DNA from: an uncultured Candidatus Saccharibacteria bacterium
GTDB taxonomy: Bacteria > Patescibacteriota > Minisyncoccia > Phycocordibacterales > GWA1-40-21
Direction of reading: 5' to 3'
Assembly (NCBI GenBank): GCA_964613715.1
Contig: CAZTJK010000005.1
Coordinates: forward strand, 1 to 43,161
DNA length: 43,161 bases
Part shown: positions 25,561 to 34,559 of the stretch, piece by piece
Layout: the number at the start of each line of letters is the position of its first letter
Numbering within the stretch: the stretch's first letter is position 1
Translations under genes and position numbers: made by a program
Notes under the pieces: generated by a model
Databases searched by the model: none
What the model was told of the DNA's origin: nothing
Seen by the model: only the letters and a program-made list of their open reading frames with translations

Positions 25561-26190
25561 ATGGCAGTTTCAAAAGCAACACAGGACTTTGTGCCGATCA
25601 AGGAGATCCGCGACGGTATCGTCATGCTCAAAGACGGCTCGATGCGCGCCATTGTCATGGCATCATCGGTGAACTTTGCCTTGAAGTCGCCCGAGGAGCA
25701 GCAGGCGATCATTATGCAGTTTCAAAGCTTTCTGAACGCGCTTGATTTCTCGATACAGGTATCCGTGCAGTCTCGCCAGCTCGACATACGCCCATATATT
25801 TCCATGCTTGAATCAAGATATAAAGACGAGCTCGGCGACCTGATGAAGATACAGATCCGCGAATATATCCAGTTCGTCAAGAATTTCGTCAGTCAGACGA
25901 ATATCATGACGAAGACATTTTTCGTCGTCATCCCGTTCTCGCCGGCAGTCATCAGCACGCAGGATAATCCGCTCGCGACGATCATGCAGAAGCAGAAGGG
26001 AACGACAGTGAAAGCATCGGATCATTTCGAGGAAAACCGCACGCAGCTCGAACAGCGCATCAGTTCTGTTTCCCAGGGCCTCACCCGCTGCGGGATCCGG
26101 AGCGTGCAGCTCGGCACTGAAGAGATTGTCGAGCTCTTCTACAAGACCTTCAACCCAGGCGACATGGAAAAGCCGATCATGCCGGCATAA
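25561..26190 (+). CDS. Conserved T4SS-cluster protein resembling the N-terminal (non-ATPase) part of VirB4/TraC
   Basis: SKATQDFVPIKEIRDG...SSVNFALKS.EEQ.AII...FLNALDF.IQ...SR.LDI; lies between prgI and the ATPase. Confidence 0.75.
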   Translation: MAVSKATQDFVPIKEIRDGIVMLKDGSMRAIVMASSVNFALKSPEEQQAIIMQFQSFLNALDFSIQVSVQSRQLDIRPYISMLESRYKDELGDLMKIQIREYIQFVKNFVSQTNIMTKTFFVVIPFSPAVISTQDNPLATIMQKQKGTTVKASDHFEENRTQLEQRISSVSQGLTRCGIRSVQLGTEEIVELFYKTFNPGDMEKPIMPA

Positions 26191-26201
26191 CAATCACCAT
26201 C

Positions 26202-28022
26202 ATGAGCTTTCTTACCGACATATTCAAAAAGAAAGAAAAGCAGGAGCAGCTGACGTCGTTCCTGCCACAGGAGATCTATGAATCCGGTGTTTTGGAATTG
26301 CAGGATATTATCGCGCCATCCGCGCTCAAAATTTCCCCGAAAGAATTATCTCTTGGCGAAAAAATCGTGCGTACCTTTTTCGTCATCTCATATCCACGCT
26401 TTTTGTCTGAGAGCTGGTTCTCGCCGATCATCAATCTCGACAAGGTATTCAATATTTCTGTATTCATCCATCCGATCGACACAGCAAAGATCCTACGCCA
26501 ATTCCAGAAAAAAGTAGCCGAGGTGCAGAGCCAGATCAATGCTCGCGAGAAAAAGGGCTTGGTGCGCGACCCAATGCTCGATACGGCATATCAGGATCTC
26601 GAGGGGCTGCGCGATAATCTCCAGCAAGCGCAAGAAAAGCTCTTTGATATCGGCCTCTATATCACGCTCTACGGCGACAGCGAGGATGAGCTTGATAAGG
26701 TGGAAGCGGAGGTGAAATCCATTCTCGAATCCCGCCTTATTTATATCAAGCCGGCTCTCTTCCAGCAGGAGCAGGGCTTCAAGAGCGTGCTGCCGATTGC
26801 AACTGATCTCCTCGAGGTACATTCGAAGCTCAATTCATCGCCGCTTTCCTCCATTTTCCCATTCGTATCATTCGACCTGACCTCCGACAAAGGCATTCTC
26901 TACGGCATCAATCGCCACAATGCATCCCTCGTGCTCTTTGACCGCTTCTCGCTTGAAAACTACAATTCGATTACCTTCGCAAAATCCGGTTCGGGCAAAT
27001 CCTACTGCACAAAGCTCGAGATCCTGCGCAGTCTCATGTTTGATACCGATGTCATCGTCATCGACCCGGAAAAGGAATATGAATTCCTCGCTGAAGCAAC
27101 CGGCGGCAAATCATTCGCGATCTCTCTCAATTCCTCAAGCCATATCAACCCGTTCGATTTGCCGGCACCAAAAGAAGATGAGTCATCCGCGGATGTCCTG
27201 CGCAGCAATATCATCAATCTCGTCGGCCTCTTCCGCATCATGCTCGGCGGACTGACTGCGGAGGAAGATGCGATCATCGACCGCGCGATTTCCGAAACGT
27301 ATGCGCTCAAAGACATCACGCCGGATTCTGATTTCAGCAATATCGAGCCGCCGCTTCTTTCCGACTTCGAGCTCGTGCTCTCCGGCATGAAAGGCGCAGA
27401 GGGAATCGTGCAGAAGCTTTCGAAATACACCCGCGGCACCTGGGCCGGGTTCCTGAACAAGCCAACAAATATCAATATCAATTACAAATTCATCGTCTTC
27501 TCCATCCGCGATATGGAAGACGAGCTCAAGCCGGTGGCCATGTACCTGATCACGCACTATATCTGGAATGCCATCCGCCGCGTGACAAAGAAGCGCCTCA
27601 TGGTCATCGACGAGGCATGGTGGATGATGAAATCCGAAGACACGGCGTCCTTCTTGTATTCACTCGCAAAACGCGGTCGCAAATACTATCTCGGCCTTGC
27701 GACCATTACCCAAGACGTCGAAGACTTCCTGAAATCCCCCTACGGCCTGCCGATCGTGACGAACTCGTCCATCCAAATCCTCCTAAAGCAGTCACCGACG
27801 GTCGTCGACAATCTTCAGAAGGTATTCAACCTGACAGACGAGGAGAAATATCTCCTTTTGGAATCGGATGTCGGCGAAGGTATATTCTTTGTCGGTCTCA
27901 AACATGTGGCCATCAAAATCATCGCCTCCTATACCGAGGACCAGATCATCACCTCCGATCCATCACAGCTTTTGAATATTCAGAAAGCGAAGGAGGAGCT
28001 GAAAATGACCCAGGGTCTCTAG
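26202..28022 (+). CDS. virB4: VirB4-like (TraC/DUF87) ATPase
   Basis: Walker A AKSGSGKS, VIVIDPEKEY, INPFD, Walker B MVIDEAW, KRGRKYYLG, TITQD, GEGIF. Confidence 0.9.
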   Translation: MSFLTDIFKKKEKQEQLTSFLPQEIYESGVLELQDIIAPSALKISPKELSLGEKIVRTFFVISYPRFLSESWFSPIINLDKVFNISVFIHPIDTAKILRQFQKKVAEVQSQINAREKKGLVRDPMLDTAYQDLEGLRDNLQQAQEKLFDIGLYITLYGDSEDELDKVEAEVKSILESRLIYIKPALFQQEQGFKSVLPIATDLLEVHSKLNSSPLSSIFPFVSFDLTSDKGILYGINRHNASLVLFDRFSLENYNSITFAKSGSGKSYCTKLEILRSLMFDTDVIVIDPEKEYEFLAEATGGKSFAISLNSSSHINPFDLPAPKEDESSADVLRSNIINLVGLFRIMLGGLTAEEDAIIDRAISETYALKDITPDSDFSNIEPPLLSDFELVLSGMKGAEGIVQKLSKYTRGTWAGFLNKPTNININYKFIVFSIRDMEDELKPVAMYLITHYIWNAIRRVTKKRLMVIDEAWWMMKSEDTASFLYSLAKRGRKYYLGLATITQDVEDFLKSPYGLPIVTNSSIQILLKQSPTVVDNLQKVFNLTDEEKYLLLESDVGEGIFFVGLKHVAIKIIASYTEDQIITSDPSQLLNIQKAKEELKMTQGL

Positions 28023-28083
28023 GCACCTTCTCTGTGGCTCTTTTGTGCACAGCAAGGAGCATTCATGGTATAATAAGCCTGAA

Positions 28084-29103
28084 ATGAGGACTGTTTTTCA
28101 AAGCATGATGGCATTGTTTCTCGTTGTTTTGCTGTTTTCTGCAACCGAAAACGCTGTGCAAGCCCAGACGGCGTCTATTTTCGACAGCGAGCTTATCGGC
28201 CTCTCCATTACCTACAGCCCGACAAGCCCGAAAGCGGGCGATACGGTCGATTTGTCATTGTCGGCATATTCCGGAAATCTGAACACCGCCAAAATCACCT
28301 GGTATGTCGACGGCATCGCGAAAAAGGAGGATGTCGGCGCGAAAACATTCGATATCCAGGCGAAAAATAACGGCGAAGCAACCGAGGTACGCGTGACTGC
28401 TGAAAGCGCCGATGGCATCGTGAGCGATGCATCGACCGAGATCATTCCTGCAGACCTCGACCTGGTCATCGAACCGCAGTCGTATACGCCGCCGTTTTAC
28501 AAAGGCAAAGCGCTTTTCGCCAATCAAGGCACCGTGCGCCTCATCGCTCTGCCAAACGTATTTGTCGCCGGTAAAAAGGCAAGCGCAAGCAGCCTGACCT
28601 TCCGATGGCAAAAAGATGGCACCTTACTTTCCGACAGTTCCGGCCGCGGCGCAAATACGCTGACGGTTACCGGTGTCGTGCCGATCCGCGATATCAATAT
28701 CACCGTGAGCGTCTTCGATGATAGCGGCCGCCAAGTGGCCGGTGCATCAAAAATACTCACCACGAATGATCCGAAAGTACTCTTCTACGAGAACAGCCCG
28801 CTCTACGGAATCCTCTACAACAAAACCGTGAGCGACAATTACTATCTCGGCGGGCGCGAAGAGCTTGATATCGTCGCCAAGCCATATTTCTTCGATTTCG
28901 CAGTGGATGCGGGCAGCGATGCAAGCTACAAATGGTCGGTCAATGGCAATGCGGTACCATCGAGCGGCAAGACAAATGAGCTCTTGCTCAAGCAGACGAG
29001 CCCAAACCTGAAAGGTACGGCGACCGTATCTCTCTCTGCGAGCAACCTTGTGCGAATATTCCAATTCGCCGATAATAGCTTTAATGTCGCCTTTGGCATT
29101 TAA
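28084..29103 (+). CDS. Secreted multi-Ig-like beta-sandwich protein
   Basis: Signal peptide; repeated beta-rich units with W-Y-V-D-G, W-Q-K-D-G and W-S-V-N-G Ig-type motifs; TGgTATAAT promoter upstream. Confidence 0.7.
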   Translation: MRTVFQSMMALFLVVLLFSATENAVQAQTASIFDSELIGLSITYSPTSPKAGDTVDLSLSAYSGNLNTAKITWYVDGIAKKEDVGAKTFDIQAKNNGEATEVRVTAESADGIVSDASTEIIPADLDLVIEPQSYTPPFYKGKALFANQGTVRLIALPNVFVAGKKASASSLTFRWQKDGTLLSDSSGRGANTLTVTGVVPIRDINITVSVFDDSGRQVAGASKILTTNDPKVLFYENSPLYGILYNKTVSDNYYLGGREELDIVAKPYFFDFAVDAGSDASYKWSVNGNAVPSSGKTNELLLKQTSPNLKGTATVSLSASNLVRIFQFADNSFNVAFGI

Positions 29104-29107
29104 TACC

Positions 29108-29983
29108 ATGAAATTCATCACGACCATATTTGCCTTCGCGATCGCCGGCACAGCATATGCGGCAGACACTACCGTCAAGCCATATCTCTTGGAACCGGGC
29201 GCATTCCCTGGCCTCAATACCAGCTCGCCTGATCTCGGATCTTTCCTCGCATCGGTGTTCAATTTCGCCATTGCCGCGGCAGTAGCGCTCACGCTCGTCA
29301 TGATCATCATCGGTGGCATCGAATATATGACCACCGATGCCTGGGACAAGAAAGAGCATGGTAAGGAGCGCATCTGGGGAGCACTCAAAGGCCTCGGGCT
29401 TGCGCTTGTCTCATGGCTCATCCTGTACACCATAAATCCATGCTTGGTCGATTTCTTCGGCGTAAAGGCTGGCGGATGCAAAACGGCAAATACGCTCATC
29501 AACCCGCCAGCGCCAGTCCAGACAGGAACAACAAATACCGGCGCGCCCGGACTTGTTGCCGGCACCGGCCAGGATTTAAGCTGCGGCACGACCTCCTATA
29601 CCTGCCAAGTCTGCCAGGATTGCATCAATCTCGATACGATGGGCGTAGCGCATAAATATCCAGGGCAATCCCTGAATAGCGACCTGGCCAGAAGGCTCGC
29701 GAATGCGCTTGCCGGCGTTCCGGCGCAGATTACCGAAGGCTGGCCACCGACGACGGATCACATATCCACCTGCCACCAGAATGGCAGATGCGCTGATGTA
29801 AACCTCTTCAACCAAAACCAAGATCCAGCGGCAGTAAAGCAGGTATATGACGCGCTCGTCAGCCAGGGGCTCCAGGTCATTTACGAAGCTGATGCAGGCC
29901 ACTGCAGCGTCTATACCGCTGCCGGAGTCAATTGTACTGAAGAATACGATCACACCGCGCCGTCATTTCACGTACATATGTAA
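29108..29983 (+). CDS. VirB2/TrbC-like pilin domain fused to a C-terminal M15-like Zn-peptidase domain
   Basis: LTLVMIIIGGIEYMTT...GKERIWGALKGLGLALVSWLILYTINP (CPR pilin pattern); STCHQNGRCAD (H-x6-D) and terminal FHVH. Confidence 0.72.
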   Translation: MKFITTIFAFAIAGTAYAADTTVKPYLLEPGAFPGLNTSSPDLGSFLASVFNFAIAAAVALTLVMIIIGGIEYMTTDAWDKKEHGKERIWGALKGLGLALVSWLILYTINPCLVDFFGVKAGGCKTANTLINPPAPVQTGTTNTGAPGLVAGTGQDLSCGTTSYTCQVCQDCINLDTMGVAHKYPGQSLNSDLARRLANALAGVPAQITEGWPPTTDHISTCHQNGRCADVNLFNQNQDPAAVKQVYDALVSQGLQVIYEADAGHCSVYTAAGVNCTEEYDHTAPSFHVHM

Positions 29984-29984
29984 C

Positions 29985-31235
29985 ATGTCCAATCGAAATT
30001 CGATCATCGTGCTCGGCCTCATCGTCATTCTCATCATCGGAGGACTCTTTTGGTATTTCAACACTGGCACATCGACGCCGAATACCACGCCGATCACGCA
30101 GACAGACAATACTGCATTGCCCTTCGGCAACACCCCTCAAAACAAGCCCTCGAATACCGGCGGGACTGGAGCGACAAGCACGACGGTCGGCACAAGCACT
30201 CAGGTCATTCCGGCAAAAATAACCGCAAAGCTGTTCCAGGTATATAAAAATCCGACATCAGGTTCCGTCTTTTTTGTGAACAAGAGCGGACAGGAAGCGC
30301 TTCGATTCGTCGATCGTGGCAATGGCAATGTCTATGAATACGTGCCGGCAAGCAATTCTGGCGAATCAGTGCGCATTACGAATACAACCGTGCCGAAGAT
30401 ACAGGAAGCACTCTGGTCTGCGGCAGGCAGTGCGGTACTTTTCCGCTATCTCGACGGTGATACCGACCATATCGCGACATTCGATGCAAAAATCGTCGCG
30501 ACGAGCACAGGCAGCCTTGGCATGATCACCGGAACATTCCTCGCATCGGATATCCTTCAGGCTGCTGCCAATCCGAAAGGCGACAAGCTGTTTTCATTTT
30601 TTGAAAAGAAAGGTGGAGCAGGATCATACGGCGTTCTTTCGAATTTCGATGGCAGCGGCAAGAAGCAAGTGTTCGATTCGCCGGTCGCATTATGGAACGT
30701 GTCCTGGCCGAAGGAAAATATCCTTGCCTTCACAACGAAGCCAACCTATAAAGATGATGGATTTCTGTTCTTTTTCAATCCGACGACAAGCTCATTCGAT
30801 AAAATACTCGGCGGCCTACCAGGGCTTTCAGCGCTTGCGAATCAGGCTACCGACCGTATTGCCTATTCGATGACAAATAATGGCTCGTTCTATCTCGATA
30901 TATATGATGTCAAAAACAAAGCGACAAAGGATATTCGCATATCGACGCTTGCCGACAAATGCGCCTGGGATCCGACCGACAGCACCGTGCTCTATTGTGC
31001 GATTCCGCAAACGATACCAAACGCAAATTATCCGGACAGCTGGTATGACGGCACCGTATCTTTCTCGGACAGCCTGTGGCGAATAAATACCGATGCCGAT
31101 GAGGCTGAGCGCGTCTACCAGACGAGTGAAAGTGACGGCCGTATCGATGCAATGAACCTCGCCATCAGCCCGTCGGGGCAGTACGTGAGCTTCATAAACA
31201 AGAACGATCTGAGTTTCTGGCTCCTCTCACTATAA
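29985..31235 (+). CDS. Membrane-anchored beta-propeller (TolB/WD40-like) protein
   Basis: N-terminal TM, Thr-rich linker, repeated blades (ALWSAAG, NPKGDK, WPKEN, CAWDP, ISPSGQYVSFIN). Confidence 0.75.
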   Translation: MSNRNSIIVLGLIVILIIGGLFWYFNTGTSTPNTTPITQTDNTALPFGNTPQNKPSNTGGTGATSTTVGTSTQVIPAKITAKLFQVYKNPTSGSVFFVNKSGQEALRFVDRGNGNVYEYVPASNSGESVRITNTTVPKIQEALWSAAGSAVLFRYLDGDTDHIATFDAKIVATSTGSLGMITGTFLASDILQAAANPKGDKLFSFFEKKGGAGSYGVLSNFDGSGKKQVFDSPVALWNVSWPKENILAFTTKPTYKDDGFLFFFNPTTSSFDKILGGLPGLSALANQATDRIAYSMTNNGSFYLDIYDVKNKATKDIRISTLADKCAWDPTDSTVLYCAIPQTIPNANYPDSWYDGTVSFSDSLWRINTDADEAERVYQTSESDGRIDAMNLAISPSGQYVSFINKNDLSFWLLSL

Positions 31236-31258
31236 AACCCGCCGAGAGCGGGTTTTTT
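31234..31258. terminator. Bidirectional terminator ending the T4SS-like operon and the jag operon
   Basis: AAAACCCGC-CGAGA-GCGGGTTTT. Confidence 0.8.
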
Positions 31259-31719
31259 CATGGCTTGGCAACGTATCGAATGACGATTCTTCTTTCTTTT
31301 CCTTCACCGATTGATTCCGTCTTTATCGACGACTCGCCGGAAAGCATCCCGTGCACGAGCAGCCGCTCGTATGAGGACATGGGTTCCATTTCGACATCCG
31401 ATTTCGTGTCGCGTGCCCGACCGGCCAAGAGTGCAGCCTTGATTTTCAGCTTTTCCGTCCTTCCTGAACGGTAATCATTCACGTCGATAGAGAAGAGTGG
31501 CGCTTCGAGAGCATCTTTCTGCGCGATGCGCTTCACGAGATGCGACAAAGCTTCGAATGTTTCTCCATGATCCCCGATGAGCAGGGGCTGATCCTTTGTT
31601 TTGATCACAAACACCGTGTTCTGCGTGATGGGATCAAGCGTCAATTCGACTGCGTCAAAAGATGCCCCGAGAGCGCGAAGCATGCTTTCTATGAGAGCTT
31701 TGATAGCATGTGCATCCAT
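31258..31719 (-). CDS. jag: Jag/KhpB (KH + R3H) RNA-binding protein, short form
   Basis: LLIGDHGETFEALSHL, IDVNDYR, MSSYERLLVH, TESIGEG..RRIVI; follows yidC. Confidence 0.88.
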   Translation of the reverse strand: MDAHAIKALIESMLRALGASFDAVELTLDPITQNTVFVIKTKDQPLLIGDHGETFEALSHLVKRIAQKDALEAPLFSIDVNDYRSGRTEKLKIKAALLAGRARDTKSDVEMEPMSSYERLLVHGMLSGESSIKTESIGEGKERRIVIRYVAKP

Positions 31720-31721
31720 AA

Positions 31722-32468
31722 TTATTTTGCTGCAATGGCTGACGCATGCCGCTTGACGTAGATTTCCTGGCCGATAGCGAAGAGGCTCGAGGTGATGAGA
31801 TAGAGCGATACGACGGCAGGGAAGCTGCGTCCGATAAAGAAAATGACGACCGGCATGAAATATTTCATCTGCATGCTCATGCTGCGGGAAAGCTCGTCGC
31901 CGAATGTCGGCGCCGCGCCGGGCGCCAAGGATTTTTTCGGCTGTTTTGGCATGATGACCTGCATCTGGAAAAATTGCGCGATCGCGGCGCCGAGCGCGAA
32001 TATAATGCTTTTCCCAGCAACACTTGCACCGAACAAGGTGATGTTGATCACGTCCGGTATGCGGGTAAATGAGTAGAGGGCAGTGTGATCGAGATTTGGC
32101 AATCCGCTCTTTGAAAAGATCATATAGAGCGCCAAGAGCACCGGAAGCTGGATGAACATGACGAGGATTCCGGCAAATGGATTGATGCCGCGCTCGCGAT
32201 AGAGCTCCATGGTCTTTTCTGCCTGCAGTTGCTTATTGTCCTTATAGGCAGATTTTAAGGCATTGAGCTCCGGCTCGAGGCGCTTCATCTCGAATTGCGT
32301 CCTGACCGCCTTCTGAGACAGGGGGAAGAGAAGTATCTTGATGATGAGGGTAAAGAGTATGACAGCAACCCCGACATTGTGGAATGGGATGATGCTGATA
32401 AAAAAGATAAGGCCGTTGTAGAGCGGCGCATAGAAAAAGGTAGTAAAGATATAGTGCATACCCCTCAT
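31722..32468 (-). CDS. yidC: Membrane insertase YidC/Oxa1 (short form, no periplasmic domain)
   Basis: GVAVILFTLIIKILLFPL, MELYRERGINPF, IQLPVLLALY, LYLITSSLF; start may be 32459. Confidence 0.95.
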   Translation of the reverse strand: MRGMHYIFTTFFYAPLYNGLIFFISIIPFHNVGVAVILFTLIIKILLFPLSQKAVRTQFEMKRLEPELNALKSAYKDNKQLQAEKTMELYRERGINPFAGILVMFIQLPVLLALYMIFSKSGLPNLDHTALYSFTRIPDVINITLFGASVAGKSIIFALGAAIAQFFQMQVIMPKQPKKSLAPGAAPTFGDELSRSMSMQMKYFMPVVIFFIGRSFPAVVSLYLITSSLFAIGQEIYVKRHASAIAAK

Positions 32469-32497
32469 TCTATACGAAAAACGACGACTGTACAGCG

Positions 32498-32848
32498 CTA
32501 TTTTTTCTTCAAAAACCCAATAGTTTCAAGGATATTTCTGATATTTTCTTCAAGGAGACGATAGGAGGCCGATGGTTCCTGCGGTTGGGCGAAAAAGACA
32601 ATGGTAAAGGAGGGCTGGGATGCCTCTAAAGAAGTATATTTTTCAATAGCGGCACTCATCTGCCGCTTGAGCCGGTGCCTGCCAACCGATGTTTTTTGAG
32701 CTTTTTTTGATACTACAACAGCAAAATGGGAGTGTGGGGAGCTCGCGGAAGCATATTTTGCATAGACAAGCCGGCCCGGCGCGGTCCTGCCGTTTTTGAT
32801 TGTGCTCGTGATATCGATTCGCGATGCTCGGTACTCTTTTTTCAGCAT
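32498..32848 (-). CDS. rnpA: RNase P protein component
   Basis: FAVVVSKK...VGRHRLKRQM (RNR-motif variant); position between rpmH and yidC. Confidence 0.88.
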   Translation of the reverse strand: MLKKEYRASRIDITSTIKNGRTAPGRLVYAKYASASSPHSHFAVVVSKKAQKTSVGRHRLKRQMSAAIEKYTSLEASQPSFTIVFFAQPQEPSASYRLLEENIRNILETIGFLKKK

Positions 32849-32911
32849 GGTTTCGTATAGTATACCCTGGAAACAAACAAAATATCCGCTTGCGGCGGAT
32901 ATAGTGGGGAT

Positions 32912-33046
32912 TTAGACGGTGAGCTTGGCGCGGCCCTTCTGTCGTCTGCGCTTGATGGTATTTCTGCCATATTTGCTCGAGCTGCGGACCAAAAATCCGT
33001 GCGTTTTCGCTCGTTTCCGCTTATTCGGCTTGTATGTGAATGACAT
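32912..33046 (-). CDS. rpmH: 50S ribosomal protein L34
   Basis: [21 protein letters not shown]...RRQKGRAKL (44 aa). Confidence 0.97.
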   Translation of the reverse strand: MSFTYKPNKRKRAKTHGFLVRSSSKYGRNTIKRRRQKGRAKLTV

Positions 33047-33146
33047 GCGGAGAGCATACATCAGAAACAAAAAAATGTAAAGTTCTTTTGCTCGGCATTT
33101 CCGGCATAATGAGAGGGTATCGGCGCATGAAATATTCCTTTGTTTC

Positions 33147-33178
33147 TTATCCACTTTTTGTGCACAGATTGTGAACAA
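33147..33178. promoter_or_regulatory. DnaA-box cluster upstream of dnaA
   Basis: TTATCCACT (33147-55), TTGTGCACA (33158-66), TGTGAACAA (33170-78), each one mismatch from TTWTNCACA. Confidence 0.7.
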
Positions 33179-33224
33179 AAAAATTCATTCGCGCCCGAAC
33201 ATCAGCATACTATAATTGAGCGAC

Positions 33225-34559
33225 ATGGTTGAACATAAAACATTGTGGAATAACGTCCTCTCGCAGATCGAGCTTGCTATCTCGAAAGCGAATTTCGGCA
33301 TGTGGTTCAAAGACACCCATATTACCAAGCAGGAAGACGGCGTAGTCTTCGTGGGCGTGCCAAATATCTTCGTGAAAGACTGGCTGTCGAACAAATATCA
33401 CAAGGATATCATGAAGCAGCTGCGCACCTTTGGAGAAAATATCCGCAATGTCGAATACGTGGTGGCGAAAATCGAGGCGAAAGCACCGGTGAAAGAGGCA
33501 CCAGTAAATGTAAACGAATTGCCGCTCGCCGATTTCTATGTCAACAAGGAGGACAATCTTAATCCACGCTATACGTTCAAGACATTCGTTGTCGGACCGT
33601 TCAACGAGCTCGCGCATGCGGCTTCCCAGGCGATCCTGAAGCGCACCGCAACCTATAATCCGCTCTTTATTTTCGGTTCCACCGGCCATGGCAAGACACA
33701 TCTGATCCAAGCGCTTGGCAATCAGGTCAAGGAAGACGATCCGTCGAAAAAGATCTATTATATGACCTCGGAGCGCTTTGCGAACGACTATCTCAACTCG
33801 CTCAACAGCGGCGAAATCAATATTTTCAAGGAAAAATACAAGAAATACGATGTTTTGATCATTGATGATATCCAGTTCCTTTCCGCAAAGACGAAGACGC
33901 AGGAGGAATTCTTTCATCTGTTCAATAGTTTCCATGATGTCGGCAAGCAGCTTATCTTTTCTTCGGACAAGCACCCGAATTTCATCGCCGATCTCGAAGA
34001 GCGTATCAAATCCCGCTTCAATGCGGGCATGATTCTCGAGATCCAAAAGCCTGATTTCGAATCCCGCATCCAGATTTTCAGGAAAAAAGCCCTCTTGATG
34101 AACCTGGCGCTCTCCGATGAGATGGTGGAATTCCTCGCATCGTCCGTCGAAGGGAATATTCGCGAGCTTGAGGGAATCCTCAACCTCATTCTCTGCCAAT
34201 CCCAACTGAAAAATAGGGAATTGAATATCAATGAGATCAAAGACTTGATCAAGAACACCTCGAAGCCGAAAAAGAGTCTGTCAGTGAAGGATGTGACGCG
34301 TGTTGTATCAGAGTTTTACGGCATTGAAGAATCAAGTATCTTTGAGAAGGGCCGTAAAAAGGAAGTGATTCTGCCCCGACAGGTTATTATGTACCTTCTT
34401 CGGGAGGATTTTGGCATCTCATTTCCGTCGATCGGGGATAAGGTAGGTAATAGGGATCATTCAACGGTTATTCACTCCTACGAGAAGATTAAAAATGACT
34501 TGAAAAGTAATTCAGAACTCACCCAGGAAATAAGCCACATACGCTCGATGTTGAAATGA
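33225..34559 (+). CDS. dnaA: Chromosomal replication initiator DnaA
   Basis: LNPRYTF..FVVG..N, YNPLFIFG.TGHGKTHL, LIIDDIQFL, EEFFHLFN, NIRELEG, RDHSTVIH; ATG 33225 is 8 nt after TATAAT. Confidence 0.98.
   Translation: MVEHKTLWNNVLSQIELAISKANFGMWFKDTHITKQEDGVVFVGVPNIFVKDWLSNKYHKDIMKQLRTFGENIRNVEYVVAKIEAKAPVKEAPVNVNELPLADFYVNKEDNLNPRYTFKTFVVGPFNELAHAASQAILKRTATYNPLFIFGSTGHGKTHLIQALGNQVKEDDPSKKIYYMTSERFANDYLNSLNSGEINIFKEKYKKYDVLIIDDIQFLSAKTKTQEEFFHLFNSFHDVGKQLIFSSDKHPNFIADLEERIKSRFNAGMILEIQKPDFESRIQIFRKKALLMNLALSDEMVEFLASSVEGNIRELEGILNLILCQSQLKNRELNINEIKDLIKNTSKPKKSLSVKDVTRVVSEFYGIEESSIFEKGRKKEVILPRQVIMYLLREDFGISFPSIGDKVGNRDHSTVIHSYEKIKNDLKSNSELTQEISHIRSMLK

Noticed and set aside
16385-31235. 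Integrative conjugative element
   Set aside because: No relaxase, coupling protein, integrase or att sites; flanked by core genes and driven by host-style promoters
32882-32902. Hairpin between rpmH and rnpA as a novel element
   Set aside because: 8-bp stem without a U-tract; most simply a processing or stability hairpin in a conserved operon
33210-34205. 331-aa antisense ORF opposite dnaA (and similar shadows at 28747-29589, 36359-37252, 6762-7487, 14986-15597)
   Set aside because: Antisense shadows of strongly conserved genes, caused by codon bias; no motifs or start signals
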